Positions 46,827-56,690 of a DNA stretch of 64,000 nucleotides are shown here, piece after piece (the first letter of the stretch is position 1; the number at the start of each line of letters is the position of its first letter). Source of the stretch: an uncultured Saprospiraceae bacterium (lineage in GTDB: Bacteria; Bacteroidota; Bacteroidia; Chitinophagales; Saprospiraceae). The DNA lies in the NCBI GenBank assembly GCA_937941095.1, contig CALDYJ010000016.1, positions 45,843-109,842 on the forward strand. Direction: 5' to 3'. Under the pieces are notes generated by a model. It was not told the DNA's origin. It did no database searches and worked only from the letters and a program-made list of their open reading frames with translations. Made by a program: the position numbers and the translations under genes.

Positions 46827-48380
46827 ATGCCTAAGCTAACCTTTCTTTGCTTTTTTCTTTTACTATCTCCAAACTTATTAGCTCAATCAATTAAGACATG
46901 GTCTTGTGGCATGAGCCAGACTGATCAAGAATTGTTAGCAAAACGAACACTGGAATCAAAACGAACATATGAACAAGGCCTTACAAGTTCAAGAACTGAA
47001 ACAACATGGGTTCCTGTAAAATTTCATTTAGTTTCAAGAACAAATGGAACTGGTGCTATTTCTGAAATTGATGTCTTCGAAAATCTATGCACACTAAATG
47101 ATTACTATTTTGATCAAGATATCCAATTTTATATAGGAGATGGAGAATTTAATTACATTTTAAATTCTAATGCTTATGAGTCTGGTATAGGCACAGCTGC
47201 CAATTTGCTTTTCGACCAAGCTAAAAGTGAATATCCAGGAATGCTCCATATTTTCATACTTAATAACTATGCGGATGGTGCTGTTTTTAATACTGACTTT
47301 GGAGGATTTTATTCCATTTCAGATGATCACATATTACTTGAAATTGAATTTGTCCGAGATGATAAATATACGATCGCCCATCAAGTTGGCCATTATTTCT
47401 CACTGCTCCATACACACCATGGATGGACAGCTTTTGGCTATGACATAGATAAATTTGGCCAACAATGTCCAGAGATTTTACCTGGAGGACTGGTAGCTGA
47501 GAAACAAGCTAGGGAAGGTGATTGTAAAAATTGTGATGAAACGGGTGATTTTTTATGCGATACAAATCCTGATTATTTTTTCTTTAAATATTATGATCAT
47601 GATAATTGTGAATATTTGGAAGATGTCTTAGATCCTTGTGGTGAATTGGTTGTACCGCCAACTGATAATCTAATGGCGTATTATGGTTCCTGCGAACTTA
47701 GTTTCACAGAAGAACAAAAAGGATTAATTGAAGCAAGTCTATTTAATAGAAGAAAAACAGGGAGCATTAATCCGGAATTTAATCCAACAGAAGTAGAGCA
47801 AATCACTGGAGAAGTAACTATTATTTCTCCACTTGAATCAGAAGTTTTAGATCATAATGATGTGGTTAAATTAAAATGGGAAGAAGTAACTGGTGCCAGC
47901 AGATACATTATAGATGTAGACATTGTATCAACTTTTAATGTCCTTCCAGAAAGATATTTTTCTGAATCTCCTCGCATTACGATTACAGATCTAAATCCAA
48001 ATAAAGATTATTACTGGAAGGTGTTTCCGTATAATGAAACTTATACTTGCCATACTTGGTCCGATACTTTCTCATTTACAAGTGGAGATGGACTGACAAA
48101 TACTAGCGACCTTTTCTCTAACAAAGACTGGTCAATACATCCAAATCCAATTTCATTCGAAAAAGAAATTACTTTAATTATAAATTCCACGAAGACCATA
48201 AAAGCTGAATTCCAAATTTTTGACCTATTAGGAAAAGAAATGAATAACAAAACGGTGACTTTAATAGCAGGAAATAATACAATTAAAATGGGTCTCGAAA
48301 GTTTGGAAAGTGGAACCTATATGATCTCTTACAAAATTGATCAAAAATCTTCTTCCAAGAAACTAATTGTAAATAAATAA
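46827..48380 (+). CDS. M43-like metalloprotease paralog with HQxxH in place of HExxH (possible pseudo-protease), T9SS type A tail
   Basis: The ATG at 46827 gives the signal peptide MPKLTFLCFFLLLSPNLLAQ; the track start at 46713 lies upstream of the terminator. The site reads IAHQVGHYFSLLHTH (codon caa). GDFLCDTNPDY and NLMAYY are present. The tail is IHPNPISFEKE ... GTYMISY ... KKLIVNK. Confidence 0.7.
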   Translation: MPKLTFLCFFLLLSPNLLAQSIKTWSCGMSQTDQELLAKRTLESKRTYEQGLTSSRTETTWVPVKFHLVSRTNGTGAISEIDVFENLCTLNDYYFDQDIQFYIGDGEFNYILNSNAYESGIGTAANLLFDQAKSEYPGMLHIFILNNYADGAVFNTDFGGFYSISDDHILLEIEFVRDDKYTIAHQVGHYFSLLHTHHGWTAFGYDIDKFGQQCPEILPGGLVAEKQAREGDCKNCDETGDFLCDTNPDYFFFKYYDHDNCEYLEDVLDPCGELVVPPTDNLMAYYGSCELSFTEEQKGLIEASLFNRRKTGSINPEFNPTEVEQITGEVTIISPLESEVLDHNDVVKLKWEEVTGASRYIIDVDIVSTFNVLPERYFSESPRITITDLNPNKDYYWKVFPYNETYTCHTWSDTFSFTSGDGLTNTSDLFSNKDWSIHPNPISFEKEITLIINSTKTIKAEFQIFDLLGKEMNNKTVTLIAGNNTIKMGLESLESGTYMISYKIDQKSSSKKLIVNK

Positions 48381-48415
48381 GTATACTTATTTTTAAAACA
48401 ATCTACATTTTAGTC

Positions 48416-48451
48416 AGAGCTGCTTCTCTTAGAAACAGCTCTTTCTTTTTT
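48416..48451 (+). terminator. Probable rho-independent terminator after the second M43-like gene
   Basis: AGAGCTGCTTCT-ctt-AGAAACAGCTCT forms a 12-bp stem with 1 mismatch, followed by ttcttttttt. Confidence 0.55.
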
Positions 48452-48578
48452 AGGTGGAGCTTATCTCAAAATCAAGAGATGAGAAAATTATCCAGCTAGA
48501 GAGAAATTGTTAATTATTCCTCTCTGGTTGCTAATTTTACAATTAAAAGGTTTAAAATCAATATTAAGACAAAAAAAG

Positions 48579-48610
48579 GCCTAGCTAATGAATATTAGAC
48601 AGGCTTTTTT
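48579..48610 (+). terminator. Second terminator-like hairpin immediately upstream of the sucC promoter
   Basis: GCCTAGCTAAT-gaat-ATTAGACAGGC (4 + 5 bp with a 2-nt internal mismatch) followed by T6 and preceded by A7. Confidence 0.4.
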
Positions 48611-48617
48611 ATCTTTG
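48610..48617 (+). promoter_or_regulatory. Putative -7 box (TATCTTTG) for sucC
   Basis: Matches TAnnTTTG. It ends 17 nt upstream of the ATG at 48635. Confidence 0.35.
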
Positions 48618-48634
48618 TGGCTTAATAGAAAATT

Positions 48635-49843
48635 ATGAATTTACACGAGTATCAAGCCAAAGAATTATTAGCAAGTTTTGGAGTAGCCATTCAGAAAGGC
48701 CATATGGCCGAAAGTCTTGAAGAAGCAAAAGCTGCTTATGAAAAGATAAGAGAGGAAAGTGGCGCAGACGTTGCCATCGTGAAAGCTCAAATCCATGCAG
48801 GTGGTAGAGGTAAAGGAGGTGGTGTCAAATTGGTTAAAAACATGGATGAGCTTGTGGAACAAAGTGGCAACATTCTAGGAATGATGCTTAAAACGCCTCA
48901 AACTCCAGGAGGTATGGATGGCGAAGGTAAACTTGTGAGAAAGATATTGGTAGCGGAAGACGCTTATGCTCCTGATTTTGACTCTTGTAAAGAATTCTAT
49001 GTCTCAGTCTTAATGGATAGAGAAAAGAAATGCAATGTCATAGTATATTCTACGGAAGGTGGAATGGACATCGAAAAAGTTGCAGAAGAGACTCCGCACT
49101 TGGTTCATAAAGAACATGTTGATCCTAACGTTGGACTACAAGGCTTTCAATTAAGAAAAATTGCTTTCAATCTAGGCTTGAGCGGTCAATCTTTTAAAGA
49201 AATGACCAAATTCATTTCTAAACTATATACAGCTTTCGTTAAGTCTGATGCCTCTTTATTTGAAATTAACCCCTGTTTATTAACAGGAGATGAAAGAGTA
49301 ATCGCTGTAGATAGTAAAGTATCTATTGATGATAATGCATTATTTAGACATCCAGATTTAGCTGCATTGAGAGATCCAGAGGAAGAGGATCCCACTGAAG
49401 TGGAAGCAAAATCATTCGGATTGAACTATGTTAATTTGGATGGAAATGTTGGCTGTATGGTAAATGGGGCAGGTTTAGCAATGGCTACCATGGATATCAT
49501 TAAGCTGTCTGGAGGAGAACCAGCTAACTTTTTAGATGTAGGAGGAACAGCTGATGCAAAAAGAGTAGAACAAGCTTTTAGAATTATTCTAAGAGATCCT
49601 AAAGTAAAAGCTATATTAATCAATATATTCGGTGGAATCGTAAGGTGTGATCGTGTAGCTCAAGGAGTCGTGGATGCTTATAAGAATATGGGTGATGAAA
49701 TTAAAGTGCCCATCATTGTAAGACTGCAAGGAACTAATGCAGACATTGCAAAGGATATTATCGACAACTCTGGTTTAGAGGTCCATTCCGCAACTTTATT
49801 GCAAGAGGCGGCTGATCTTGTGAAAAGTGTGCTTGCAGTGTAA
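48635..49843 (+). CDS. sucC: Succinyl-CoA synthetase (ADP-forming) beta subunit
   Basis: MNLHEYQAKELLASFGV, ATP-grasp region, NLDGNVGCMVNGAGLAMATMDIIKL, NIFGGIVRCD. Confidence 0.93.
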   Translation: MNLHEYQAKELLASFGVAIQKGHMAESLEEAKAAYEKIREESGADVAIVKAQIHAGGRGKGGGVKLVKNMDELVEQSGNILGMMLKTPQTPGGMDGEGKLVRKILVAEDAYAPDFDSCKEFYVSVLMDREKKCNVIVYSTEGGMDIEKVAEETPHLVHKEHVDPNVGLQGFQLRKIAFNLGLSGQSFKEMTKFISKLYTAFVKSDASLFEINPCLLTGDERVIAVDSKVSIDDNALFRHPDLAALRDPEEEDPTEVEAKSFGLNYVNLDGNVGCMVNGAGLAMATMDIIKLSGGEPANFLDVGGTADAKRVEQAFRIILRDPKVKAILINIFGGIVRCDRVAQGVVDAYKNMGDEIKVPIIVRLQGTNADIAKDIIDNSGLEVHSATLLQEAADLVKSVLAV

Positions 49844-49845
49844 TA

Positions 49846-51072
49846 GTGAACTGCTATACCTTATTACAACTTAATCAATTTATTAGGCGCTTTGTCAGCC
49901 TAAATGCCCCTGAAGGGATTTGGATAACGGCTGAAATAGGCCAAATTAACCAATCAAAAGGGCACCACTACCTAGAACTTATTCAAAAAGCAGAAGAATC
50001 AGATCAATTGCTTGCAAGATCTCAGGCTGCTTTGTGGGCAAAAAGCTATGAACAGATTCAAGCCAAAAAGAAAACTGCTATCAAAGAGCTCTTAAAGGAA
50101 GGTCTCGAAGTAAAATTGAAAGTAAAAATTGATTTTCATGAGACTTTTGGGCTTAAACTATTTATAGAAGATATAGATGAGAATTATACTTATGGCAAAA
50201 TGGCCATTAAGAAAACTGAAATTCTAAATCGTCTTAAAAAAGAGAAGCTCCTTGACCTAAACAAAACAACGCATTTAGATCCTCCAATCAAAAAGATAGC
50301 GGTAATAAGCTCATCTACCGCTGCAGGATATGAGGATTTCATAAATCATCTCGAGAATAATGTATATGCTTATCAATTTAAGGTCTTGCTTTTTTCTACT
50401 GCAGTTCAAGGCCTAGGCATTGAACAAGGGTTTTTAGACGCCTTTGAAGACATAAGCATTTATGACGATTTTGATTGTGTAGCAATTATCCGGGGTGGTG
50501 GATCTAAAATTGATTTGGCGGGCTTTGACAATTACGAAGTATGCAAGGCTGCTGCGAAGTGTAAATTTCCAGTTTTGGTAGGAATTGGTCATGAAATTGA
50601 TGAAACCCTTCTTGATTTAGTTGCTCATTCTTCTTTAAAAACACCCACCGCACTTGCTGATTGTATCATTAATTTAAACTTAGCTTTCGAATCTCAAGTC
50701 CAAAATTTAGGTTTAGATATTCAAGCCAGCGCAAAGCACTTAATTGCAAACAATCGATTAGCTCTAAACACTCTTTTACTTAATATTATTGGTGATGCTA
50801 ATAATTACTTGAGAAGCCAAAAAGATGGCTTAGACCTATTGCTTTCTAAAATTGAATACATGAGTAAGCAAGCTTTTATGAACGAAACAAAGTCACTTAA
50901 GCACATTGAAGAGACTATAAAAATTTTAGATATAGAAAATACTTTAAAACGTGGATTTAGCATCACAAGATTGAATGAGAAAGCAATAGAAAGTGCAAAA
51001 AATCTAAAAGAAGGAAATGTCCTCACCACAACATTTTGGGATGGTGAAATTGAATCCATTGTAAGAAAATAA
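49846..51072 (+). CDS. xseA: Exodeoxyribonuclease VII large subunit (GTG start)
   Basis: OB-fold N-terminus (IWITAEIGQINQSKGHHYLELIQ), IAVISSSTAAGYEDF, AIIRGGGSKIDL, GIGHEIDETLLD. Confidence 0.85.
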   Translation: MNCYTLLQLNQFIRRFVSLNAPEGIWITAEIGQINQSKGHHYLELIQKAEESDQLLARSQAALWAKSYEQIQAKKKTAIKELLKEGLEVKLKVKIDFHETFGLKLFIEDIDENYTYGKMAIKKTEILNRLKKEKLLDLNKTTHLDPPIKKIAVISSSTAAGYEDFINHLENNVYAYQFKVLLFSTAVQGLGIEQGFLDAFEDISIYDDFDCVAIIRGGGSKIDLAGFDNYEVCKAAAKCKFPVLVGIGHEIDETLLDLVAHSSLKTPTALADCIINLNLAFESQVQNLGLDIQASAKHLIANNRLALNTLLLNIIGDANNYLRSQKDGLDLLLSKIEYMSKQAFMNETKSLKHIEETIKILDIENTLKRGFSITRLNEKAIESAKNLKEGNVLTTTFWDGEIESIVRK

Positions 51073-51076
51073 AATC

Positions 51077-51277
51077 ATGGCTAAAAAAAAGGGTAAAGAT
51101 CTCAACTATAAAGATGCCATCTCTGAGCTGCAAAACATACTTGCAAAATTGCAAGATGAAGAAACCTCTATAGATGACCTAGTTAAGGAAGTAAAAAGAG
51201 CTCAAGAACTTGTAAAGTACTGTAAAGACGTGCTTAGAAGCACAGAAACTGATTTAGAAAAGATACTAGGAGAATAA
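51077..51277 (+). CDS. xseB: Exodeoxyribonuclease VII small subunit
   Basis: 66 aa, sited 4 nt after xseA. YKDAISELQNILAKLQDEETSIDDLVKEVKRAQELVKYCKDVL is the typical XseB helical hairpin. Confidence 0.85.
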   Translation: MAKKKGKDLNYKDAISELQNILAKLQDEETSIDDLVKEVKRAQELVKYCKDVLRSTETDLEKILGE

Positions 51278-51439
51278 AAAACGCTCCGCCTGCAATCTAA
51301 TTACTCTCTCGATAAATAGTGCAAGGGAGCGCCAACAAAAACTAGAGTCTAACCCAAGAAAGTGATTAGAGTAGAATTTCTACATCTCAAAAGTAAACTA
51401 ATTAACTTATTTAACAAAAAAAAATTAATTGCTTAACCT

Positions 51440-51796
51440 TTAGCTTTTGATGAATTTCTTTTCTTTTATTTTGGCTTTTTTACCCGTTACATTTCTTAAG
51501 TAATAAAGCTTTGCTCTTCTTACCTTTCCACGTTTGAGTATTTGAATTTCTGCGATTGCTGGGCAAATGAAAGGGAAAATTCTTTCAACCCCTACTCCAT
51601 TAGATATTTTTCTAACAGTGAAGGTCTTAGTGGAGCCTGATCCATTGATTTGGATTACATTGCCTCTGAAGTTTTGGATTCTCTCCTTATTTCCTTCAAC
51701 AATTTTATAACTCACGACAATGTTGTCTCCTGGTTTAAAAGGAGGAAAATTTGTCTTTGGTGTCATTTGCTCGTGAACAAATTTAATGGCATCCAT
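51440..51796 (-). CDS. rplS: 50S ribosomal protein L19
   Basis: [62 protein letters not shown] at 51796 (MDAIKFV) is preferred over the longer track ORF. Confidence 0.9.
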   Translation of the reverse strand: MDAIKFVHEQMTPKTNFPPFKPGDNIVVSYKIVEGNKERIQNFRGNVIQINGSGSTKTFTVRKISNGVGVERIFPFICPAIAEIQILKRGKVRRAKLYYLRNVTGKKAKIKEKKFIKS

Positions 51797-51903
51797 CTTT
51801 TTAATCTTTATCTGGTTCAAAAGTGGCGCAAATATAAGCATTATTACCGTAATCTGCCACTTTTAATATTTACATCTTAATATTTAATAATATATGCTCT
51901 AAA

Positions 51904-54162
51904 TCAACGAATTAAGGTCACGTATCCCTTTTCTTCAATGGCTTCACCTCTTGGATCTTCGTAATTGACTAAAGAAAGATAGACTCCATTAGGCAAGGAT
52001 TTACCTGAATTATTCTTTTTACCATTCCATCCTTCAAATGGATCTTCCGTTTGGAAGACGATCTCTCCCCATTTATCCCATATAATCATTTCAAAGTTTT
52101 TGACATCAGAAAGGGTTCCTACACCTATAAAAACATCATTTTTAGTATCATTATTTGGCGTAAATGCATTAGGCAGAAAATAACTTGCTATGGGTACCAC
52201 ATCCAATGATGCAAAAGCTGTGTCTTGACAACCATTTTCATGTGTTACGATCAATATTATCTCTTGAATTCCAGTATCTCTGAACGTATAAGTTGGGTTT
52301 TGGTCCCTTGAAGCACTTTGACCAATAAATTCCCATTGCCATCTATCTGCAAGTTCTGATTGATCTGTAAATTCTACAGTAGCATTAATGGTTGTAATTT
52401 CTTGAGGGCTATAAGTAAATGCTGCTTTAGGCCCTTCTTTTATGGTAATCCAGTTTGGAAATTCTTTTCCAACCACACAATCGAAAGGGGTTACAATTTT
52501 CAAGGAAACCGAATAAGTCCCTGGTTCATCGTAAAGATGTAAAGGACTCAAAACAGTATCTGCAGAACCATCCCCAAAATTCCAAAGTATTTCATAACTA
52601 TCGTCAATAGGGCTTGTCAGATTATTAAATTGAACTTCTCCTGGAGTACAACCTAAAAAAGAACTAGGTTGAACGATTACATCAGTTGGAGCTGGCGACC
52701 AATTTATTGATTGAGAATACTCATCTTCACAACCATTAACATCTCTTACTCTTAGCGTGATGTTCTTAACACCTGGTTGATCATAAGAATGTTTCGGATT
52801 TTCAGTTTCAGAAGTAGCACCATCTCCAAAATCCCATAGCCAATTTGAAATGATGGGAGCCCCAGTCATTGAAGCATCGCTAAAACTAACTGGTCCAACA
52901 ACACAAGTATCGTAATCAAAACCAAAATTAGCGCTGATAGGAGGAAATACATTCACTTCTATGAAAGCCGTATCACCACATTCTAAGCCAGGATTAATAA
53001 ACAATCCACCTGTATAAGTACCAAAATCTGGAAAATCTACGGTTGCATCCCAAGTAGTAATTTGCAAGTTTTCGTCTCCGAGATCAAATTCCCAATAAAA
53101 ATCTGTAATGTTATCCCTATCGAAACTTTGGTTTTTAAAAAACACTTCCGTTTCACCACATGAGTTTACAATAAACTGCCCTACCCCAGCTGTAGCATCT
53201 TCCACCAAATCTACTTGAACCAAAGGATCACAAGTTGTAACGTTAAATTGAAAATCCCTTTTCACAGTACTTAAGAGCTCTCCATTTCTAAACTCACTGA
53301 CACATACACCTACAACGTATTGTCCATTTATTGTAGGGACACCTGTGATGATTCCAGTGTTGGGATCTATCGATATTGTCGGATCTCCAACAACGGGTTG
53401 AATTGGAGTAAAAGTAGGAAGTATAAAATTTACATTCGCGTATGGAGGTGGAGTTTCTGGATCTGGAGCAACTCCATTAGGATCTGATCCTTGACCACCA
53501 TTACCTCCAGTTCCCGCAAGACCACCACCTATAAAAGGTGCACAAAATTCATAAACCAATTGATCACCGTCTAAATCAAAGGCCGAGTGATCAAAATTTA
53601 ATGCTTCATTTCCACAAATAACAATAGGAGGAAAAGCATTAAAAATTGGTGATGAATTACAAACTGCCTGTGCTGCAGGAACTAAATCTATGGTATAAGT
53701 AGCACCTGTTCCTCCTGGATCAAATATATTGTTTATCGTATTATTTCTACAGCATCTTTGATAAGAAACTGTGTAAGTTGTATCTAAAGTGCTCGGTAAA
53801 TTTGCGTTAAAAAAATATCTTCCTCTTTGTACACATACATTTTGAGGTATTTCCACACAAGGGTTATTATCTAAAGTTGGTTCTATCTCATCGATTAGAG
53901 GTGCATCTAGGTTTACAACATCTATTACTTCCCCTTGACTAAAAATTGTTACCGTCCCTGTAGTAAAAGACCCAGGAGCAGAATCAAAGTTTGCCCCTTG
54001 CCCTTGACAATCACGATAGATATACATGGTAAAAGTGTAATCACCTCCCCCATTGCATACATAAGTAATTTCTCCTCCGATAATGTGTGCTGCCCATGAG
54101 CTTTGGTATCCAATTAGACTTAAGACAAACAAAAAAATTATCCTGAAATAGCTGGTCTCCAT
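51904..54162 (-). CDS. PKD-domain surface protein with T9SS type B (gliding-motility-associated) C-terminal domain, paralog 1
   Basis: Signal peptide. Conserved N-terminal module AHIIGGEITYVCNGGGDYTFTMYIYRDC. PKD-like repeats (WDFGDGATSETENPKHSY, NFGDGSADTV). The CTD reads FLPNAFTPNNDTKNDVF ... IWDKWGEIVF ... GWNGKKNN ... NGVYLSLV ... GYVTLIR. Confidence 0.75.
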   Translation of the reverse strand: METSYFRIIFLFVLSLIGYQSSWAAHIIGGEITYVCNGGGDYTFTMYIYRDCQGQGANFDSAPGSFTTGTVTIFSQGEVIDVVNLDAPLIDEIEPTLDNNPCVEIPQNVCVQRGRYFFNANLPSTLDTTYTVSYQRCCRNNTINNIFDPGGTGATYTIDLVPAAQAVCNSSPIFNAFPPIVICGNEALNFDHSAFDLDGDQLVYEFCAPFIGGGLAGTGGNGGQGSDPNGVAPDPETPPPYANVNFILPTFTPIQPVVGDPTISIDPNTGIITGVPTINGQYVVGVCVSEFRNGELLSTVKRDFQFNVTTCDPLVQVDLVEDATAGVGQFIVNSCGETEVFFKNQSFDRDNITDFYWEFDLGDENLQITTWDATVDFPDFGTYTGGLFINPGLECGDTAFIEVNVFPPISANFGFDYDTCVVGPVSFSDASMTGAPIISNWLWDFGDGATSETENPKHSYDQPGVKNITLRVRDVNGCEDEYSQSINWSPAPTDVIVQPSSFLGCTPGEVQFNNLTSPIDDSYEILWNFGDGSADTVLSPLHLYDEPGTYSVSLKIVTPFDCVVGKEFPNWITIKEGPKAAFTYSPQEITTINATVEFTDQSELADRWQWEFIGQSASRDQNPTYTFRDTGIQEIILIVTHENGCQDTAFASLDVVPIASYFLPNAFTPNNDTKNDVFIGVGTLSDVKNFEMIIWDKWGEIVFQTEDPFEGWNGKKNNSGKSLPNGVYLSLVNYEDPRGEAIEEKGYVTLIR

Positions 54163-54437
54163 TATTGTGGATTTGTGTGTTATGTATATTCCCTTAAATA
54201 TATCTCTAATAGCCTATAAAATGGCAAATAAAAGTACTTAATACTATAAAGTATTTGACATATAAGGCATTATGAGAATTTTAAGAACAATAGAAATGCT
54301 TGCCTTCAAATATAACATTTTATCAATAAACCGAGCTTATAGCCAGAAGGCAATTCTCACCAATTATCAATTGGTAGATACAGAGAAAAAGAGGTTATTA
54401 TTATTAATTTAGGCAAAACAAGATTAGAATGCCCCCA

Positions 54438-56690
54438 TTATCGAATTAAAGTAGCGTATTCTTTTATTTCAAATTTTCTTCCTCTTGGGTCGGTGTATCT
54501 GACATAAGCTACGTAAACTCCGTTTGGTTCTTCTCTTCCGACATTGTTCTTTTTTCCATTCCATCCTTCAAAAGGATCTTTCGTTTGAAAAATAAGTTCT
54601 CCCCAGCGGTCCCAAATAATCATCTCATAGTCCAAAAGATCTGCTAATGTTCCTACTCCTTGAAAAACATCATTTTTTGTATCGTTGTTAGGTGTAAAAG
54701 CATTTGGTAAAAAGAAATTTACAATAGGCTCTACATCAATCAATGCAAAGGCTGTATCTTGACATCCGTTTTCGTGGGTGACCAAAAGTACTATTTCTTG
54801 TAAACCTGTATCCCTAAAAGTAAAGCTTGGATTAACATCTCTTGATGCACCTTGATTTCCAAACTGCCACTGCCAGCGATCAGCTAAGATGGATTGGTCA
54901 AAAAAAGAAACCGTAGGATTTATGCTGCTTACGCTCGTCGGTGAAAATGTAAAGTTAGCCGTTGGGCCTTCTTTTATGCTTATCCACTCTGAAAATTCTC
55001 TTCCAGCTCGACAGCCAAAAGGCGATGTAATCCTCAAGCTGACGGAGTACGTGCCAGGTGTTTCATAAACATGTGTAGGGCTTATTTCTGTGGAAAAAGT
55101 CCCGTCTCCAAATTCCCATCGGATATCATAGGTGCTGTCTATAGGGGTTGATAAATTGTTAAAAACGACTTCACCAGGTGTACAGCCAATGAATGAACTA
55201 GGTTGGACTATAATTTGATTTGGAACTGGAGCATAAACAAATGTGGTATCAATTTCATCTTCACACCCGTTAGTATCTGTTACTTTGAGAGTAACCACCT
55301 TTGTACCTGGCGTGGTAAAAGTATGTTTCGGGTTTTGAGTTGGTGAGATTTCTCCATCACCAAAATCCCAATCCCAATTAGTAATTTCTGGTGCACCAGT
55401 AAAAGAAAAATCTGTAAAACTTACAGGCCCTGCTATACAGGTATCATAGTCTACGTCATATTCGGCCGTAATAGCAGGATAAACATTCACAAAAATATCT
55501 GCAGTGTCTCCACATTCTGTACCTGGATTTAAGTATAAATTCCCTTTGTATAAACCAGTATCTGGAAATACAACTGTCGCATCCCATTCATCAATAATTA
55601 AAAGATCGCCTAAAATGTCAAATTCCCATGAGAATTGAGTTATGTTGCTCCGATCAAAGCTTTCATTTTTAAAGAATATCTCTGTTTCTCCGCAACTGTT
55701 GATAACAAATTCTCTATCCCCAATTATCACATCTTCCAAAATATCAGCTTTTACTAAAGGATCACAAGTAGTTACATTAAATTGAAAATCTCTTTTGACC
55801 ACACTGAGCAATTCTCCATTCCTAAATTCCGTAACACATACTCCTACAACAAATTGCCCATTTATGTTTGGGGTTCCTGAGATCACACCTGTATTAGGAT
55901 CTATGACAACTACAGGATCACCAGCGACAGGGCGAAAAGGGTTAAATTCAGGACCTATGAAAACAACATCGGCGTAAGGTGGTGGTGTCTCAGGATTTGG
56001 AGCCACCCCATTTGGATCTGAAGCATCTCCAGGTACACCTTGACCAGAACCTGCTAATCCGCCACCTACAAATGGTGAACAAAATTCGTAAACCAATTGG
56101 TCTCCATCCATATCAGTCGCACCATGATCAAAAATGAAAGGAACTCCAGAACAAATGACGATTGGAGGAAAGGCATCAAAAGTTGGCGAAGAATTGCATA
56201 ATTCTCTAGCTCTTGGAATAAGTTCTATGGTGTAAGTCGCTCCAGTGCCTCCTGGATCACGAATGTTATTAATGGTATTGTTTCTACAACAACGTTGATA
56301 AGAAACAGTATATGAATCTGGGGAATCCGGCAAAGTAGCACTAAAAGTATACCTCGCTCGCTCTACACATACATCATCTGGAATCTCAACGCAAGGATTA
56401 TCAATGTTTGGTTCTATTGCATCTTCAACCGGTGGGGCAAGGTTAACACTTTCGACAACGCTTCCATTTCTGAATAAAGTAACAGTCCCAACTAATGAAC
56501 CAGGGGTTGAATCAAATTCTGCTCCATCTCCTTTGCAATCTCTATAAATAAACATGGTAAAGGTATATTCACCATTACCATTACATACATAGGTCACTTC
56601 TCCTCCAATGATGTGTCTTGCCTCTAACTTAATTGAGAATATCAGTAAACAGGATAAAATGAAAAGTAGCTTAAAATAGTTAAATTTCAT
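54438..56690 (-). CDS. PKD-domain surface protein with T9SS type B C-terminal domain, paralog 2
   Basis: Collinear with 51904..54162 along its whole length (both are 752 codons in the track). RHIIGGEVTYVCNGNGEYTFTMFIYRDC, FLPNAFTPNNDTKNDVF ... EYATLIR. ATG at 56690 is preferred over the track TTG at 56696. Confidence 0.75.
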   Translation of the reverse strand: MKFNYFKLLFILSCLLIFSIKLEARHIIGGEVTYVCNGNGEYTFTMFIYRDCKGDGAEFDSTPGSLVGTVTLFRNGSVVESVNLAPPVEDAIEPNIDNPCVEIPDDVCVERARYTFSATLPDSPDSYTVSYQRCCRNNTINNIRDPGGTGATYTIELIPRARELCNSSPTFDAFPPIVICSGVPFIFDHGATDMDGDQLVYEFCSPFVGGGLAGSGQGVPGDASDPNGVAPNPETPPPYADVVFIGPEFNPFRPVAGDPVVVIDPNTGVISGTPNINGQFVVGVCVTEFRNGELLSVVKRDFQFNVTTCDPLVKADILEDVIIGDREFVINSCGETEIFFKNESFDRSNITQFSWEFDILGDLLIIDEWDATVVFPDTGLYKGNLYLNPGTECGDTADIFVNVYPAITAEYDVDYDTCIAGPVSFTDFSFTGAPEITNWDWDFGDGEISPTQNPKHTFTTPGTKVVTLKVTDTNGCEDEIDTTFVYAPVPNQIIVQPSSFIGCTPGEVVFNNLSTPIDSTYDIRWEFGDGTFSTEISPTHVYETPGTYSVSLRITSPFGCRAGREFSEWISIKEGPTANFTFSPTSVSSINPTVSFFDQSILADRWQWQFGNQGASRDVNPSFTFRDTGLQEIVLLVTHENGCQDTAFALIDVEPIVNFFLPNAFTPNNDTKNDVFQGVGTLADLLDYEMIIWDRWGELIFQTKDPFEGWNGKKNNVGREEPNGVYVAYVRYTDPRGRKFEIKEYATLIR

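Noticed and set aside
51278-51439. Imperfect long-loop hairpin (CGCTCC...TGCA / TGCA...GGAGCG) between xseB and rplS as a terminator or structured RNA
   Set aside because: The stems are short (6 + 4 bp) with a ~27-nt loop and only a TTTT tail on the minus strand. This is not convincing without conservation or expression data.
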